From Cupriavidus necator (GTDB lineage Bacteria; Pseudomonadota; Gammaproteobacteria; Burkholderiales; Burkholderiaceae), in NCBI RefSeq assembly GCF_016127575.1, contig NZ_CP066019.1, positions 1,680,001-1,712,000 on the forward strand: DNA of 32,000 bases. Reading direction: 5' to 3'. Below are positions 29,971 through 32,000 of the stretch, in pieces. Positions within the stretch are counted from its first letter, which is position 1, and the number at the start of each line of letters is the position of its first letter. The notes under the pieces were generated by a model. The model was not told the DNA's origin and did not search any database. It worked only from the letters and a program-made list of their open reading frames with translations. Both the position numbers and the translations under genes were made by a program.

Positions 29971-31386
29971 TCAGTCCACCTGCATCACCGCCGGCGGCAT
30001 CCAGTTGCCGTCCAGCAGCACCTGCTCCGGCCAGTACGCGCGCAGCATCATGTTCAGGCCATCGGGCGGCGCCGGCAGCCAGTTCGCCGCCTTGGCGCCG
30101 GCCGGGCGCTCGTGCTGGATATAGATATCGAGCGAGCCGTCGCGGTTGTAGCGCAGGCGGTCGCGGCTGCCCACGGCGTAGCGCTGGATCGGGTTGGGAA
30201 TGAACGCCTGCCGGTCGTTGTACAGCGTCAGCGACCAGAACGCGCGCGCCGGCGGCAACTGGTCCTTGTCGAAATGCAGCACATAGCGCGCCCCGCCCTG
30301 CAGCGGCTTGCCGTTGGCATCCGTGCGGGTGGAGGCGTAGATCGCGTCTTCGGGCAGGTTGGCACCCAGGCCCACCCACGCGGTCACCGCGCGGCGGCCG
30401 TAGCTGGTGCCATAGGTGCCCAGGTCGCGATGCATGACCCAGCCGTTGCCGGCATCGGCATTGCCCTTGCGCGCACCCTGAACGATCGCGGCCAGCGCAG
30501 CGGTAGCACCCTCCTGCACCGCGCGCGCGGTGGAGGGCTCCATCACCGTGGTCTTAAACGGCACCCCCGGGGTGATGCCCATGCGGCGGAGCTTGTCCAC
30601 CATGGCGGCATCGGCGGGCGCCGGCGGATTGGCCGGCAGCAAGGCGGCAAAGCGCGTGAAGAAAGCCTGTGCATCCATTGCCGCCACCAGCTCCACGGGC
30701 GAGCTTTCAGGGTCGATGGCCGTGGGCCGCGGCGCGGCCCTCTCCGGCACGCGCCGCCCGCCACCCCAGGCCGACAGCGGCGTCAGCCGGTACTGGTCCT
30801 GGAGCCGGTGCACCGCCGGGAAGTCCTGCTTGCCATTGGCCTGCGTACGGCCGATCAACCAGACCATCGACGTGGGCGAACGGATCTCCTGCATGCCCTT
30901 GGGCAGCGTGCCGCGCCAGTCAGGCCCGGTGATGGCGAAGTTGCCGCGGCGGGTGCCGGTGGTGCGCTTGCCCGGCGACGCGAACACATTGGTCCACGCA
31001 TCCATCAGCGGCATCAGGTAGTAGCGCCCGTACGTATCGGGCACCGACAGGATGACCGGCTCCCTGGACAGGTCGAGCCAGGCCGACGAATACAGCGTGT
31101 CGGCGTTGGGGCTGACCACGTCGGTGAAGCTGGCGTCCGGGAAGGTGCGCTTGTGGTGGAAGGTATTGGCCGGCGTGCGCAGCGTCATCAGCTCGCGCGT
31201 CACGTCCATCAGCACCATCGGATAGGCGAAGGTGAAGACCTCGGCGGACAAGGCCTTCATCGCCTGGTCGGACGGCGGTTGCTCGGCGACTGCCGGGCTG
31301 GTTCCGTGATCCGGCGCGGACGCACAGCCGGACAGCATGACGGCAAGCGTGACCGCGCTCGCCAGTTGACACAAGGATGGCTTCAT
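29971..31386 (-). CDS. DUF1254/DUF1214 domain lipoprotein
   Basis: ATG at 31386. Lipobox in MKPSLCQLASAVTLAVMLSGC. DUF1254-type GRYYLMPLMDAWTNVFASPG and DUF1214-type PPARAFWSLTLY. 471 aa. Confidence 0.82.
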   Translation of the reverse strand: MKPSLCQLASAVTLAVMLSGCASAPDHGTSPAVAEQPPSDQAMKALSAEVFTFAYPMVLMDVTRELMTLRTPANTFHHKRTFPDASFTDVVSPNADTLYSSAWLDLSREPVILSVPDTYGRYYLMPLMDAWTNVFASPGKRTTGTRRGNFAITGPDWRGTLPKGMQEIRSPTSMVWLIGRTQANGKQDFPAVHRLQDQYRLTPLSAWGGGRRVPERAAPRPTAIDPESSPVELVAAMDAQAFFTRFAALLPANPPAPADAAMVDKLRRMGITPGVPFKTTVMEPSTARAVQEGATAALAAIVQGARKGNADAGNGWVMHRDLGTYGTSYGRRAVTAWVGLGANLPEDAIYASTRTDANGKPLQGGARYVLHFDKDQLPPARAFWSLTLYNDRQAFIPNPIQRYAVGSRDRLRYNRDGSLDIYIQHERPAGAKAANWLPAPPDGLNMMLRAYWPEQVLLDGNWMPPAVMQVD

Positions 31387-31635
31387 GACCCCGTTTTCCC
31401 AATGTTTTTGCGGCTTTTCGGGTGTTGCGGCTATGACTGCCGGCATGTCGTCCCGAAGGCGCATCTATTCCGTGCGCATCTTGTCCCGCGCGCCGGTGAC
31501 CTGTCAATTCCTCTGAAGCCGGGAAGCGAGGGCAAGCGCACCGAACGCCGGCGGCATCGGTCACGGGTGAATCATGAAGCACTATCAGGGGTGATGAAAG
31601 CCGCACGCATGGCTCGGCCTTTCCGCCTCAGAGCC

Positions 31636-32000
31636 TCAGCGCGTTAGGAAATCCAGCACCACCTTGCTGAACGCCTCGGCCTGCTCCAGGTTGGAGATAT
31701 GTGCGGCCTCCAGCTCGACATAGTGGGCGCCCGGGATCGTCTGCGCCAGGAACACGCCATCGCGCGGCGGCGTGGGCAGGTCGCCCGAGCCAGCGATCAC
31801 CAGTGTCGGCGTGGTGATCTTTTCGATTTGCGCGCGCAGGTCGGCATCGCGCACCGCCAGGCAGTTGGCCGCGTAGCCCGCAGCCGGGGTGGCCCCGAGC
31901 ATGGCGCGCAGCGATGCCACCAGCCCCGGATGCGCGGCCGCGTACGGCGGGGTGAGCCATTTGTCGACTACCGCGGCAGCGATCGATGCCACGCCGTCGC
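31636..32000 (-). CDS. Alpha/beta hydrolase, 3-oxoadipate enol-lactonase-like (3' part; the gene begins beyond the window)
   Basis: The C-terminal segment ...AGYAANCLAVRDADLRAQIEKITTPTLVIAGSGDLPTPP...HYVELEAAHISNLEQAEAFSKVVLDFL matches the lid and His-loop region of PcaD-type alpha/beta hydrolases. The frame is open to the window end. Confidence 0.68.
   Translation of the reverse strand, partial: DGVASIAAAVVDKWLTPPYAAAHPGLVASLRAMLGATPAAGYAANCLAVRDADLRAQIEKITTPTLVIAGSGDLPTPPRDGVFLAQTIPGAHYVELEAAHISNLEQAEAFSKVVLDFLTR

Overview
High-GC proteobacterial chromosome segment; the proteins look Burkholderiaceae-like (Cupriavidus/Ralstonia type), which is inference only. Left third (1-11676, + strand): a tightly packed glycogen-to-trehalose operon, glgX (5' partial)-malQ-glgP-treZ-treY, with overlapping stop/start codons. 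Middle: a convergent orphan secreted protein; a three-gene stress-type operon (periplasmic BON-domain protein plus two small, extremely charged, apparently disordered proteins); an EEP-family nuclease/phosphatase; and a small secreted protein built of [DN]P[YF]xxGA repeats. The most unusual gene in the window follows: a 1953-aa single-chain double UvrA (two complete UvrA units, four ABC ATPase sites). It is preceded by a textbook CTGT-N8-ACAG LexA box in an AT-richer divergent region shared with a higBA toxin-antitoxin pair. Right third: a MarR regulator plus secreted serine hydrolase (beta-lactamase fold), ribA with a long structured upstream region, a two-TM stress-like membrane protein, an Lrp/AsnC regulator divergent from a small ACT-like orphan, the metR-metE divergon with a perfect MetR-type palindrome, a DUF1254/DUF1214 lipoprotein, and the 3' part of an alpha/beta hydrolase (3-oxoadipate enol-lactonase-like). 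No rRNA, tRNA, CRISPR array, transposase or integrase was recognised. Many long ORFs in the track are antisense or out-of-frame shadows typical of high-GC DNA and were not called.
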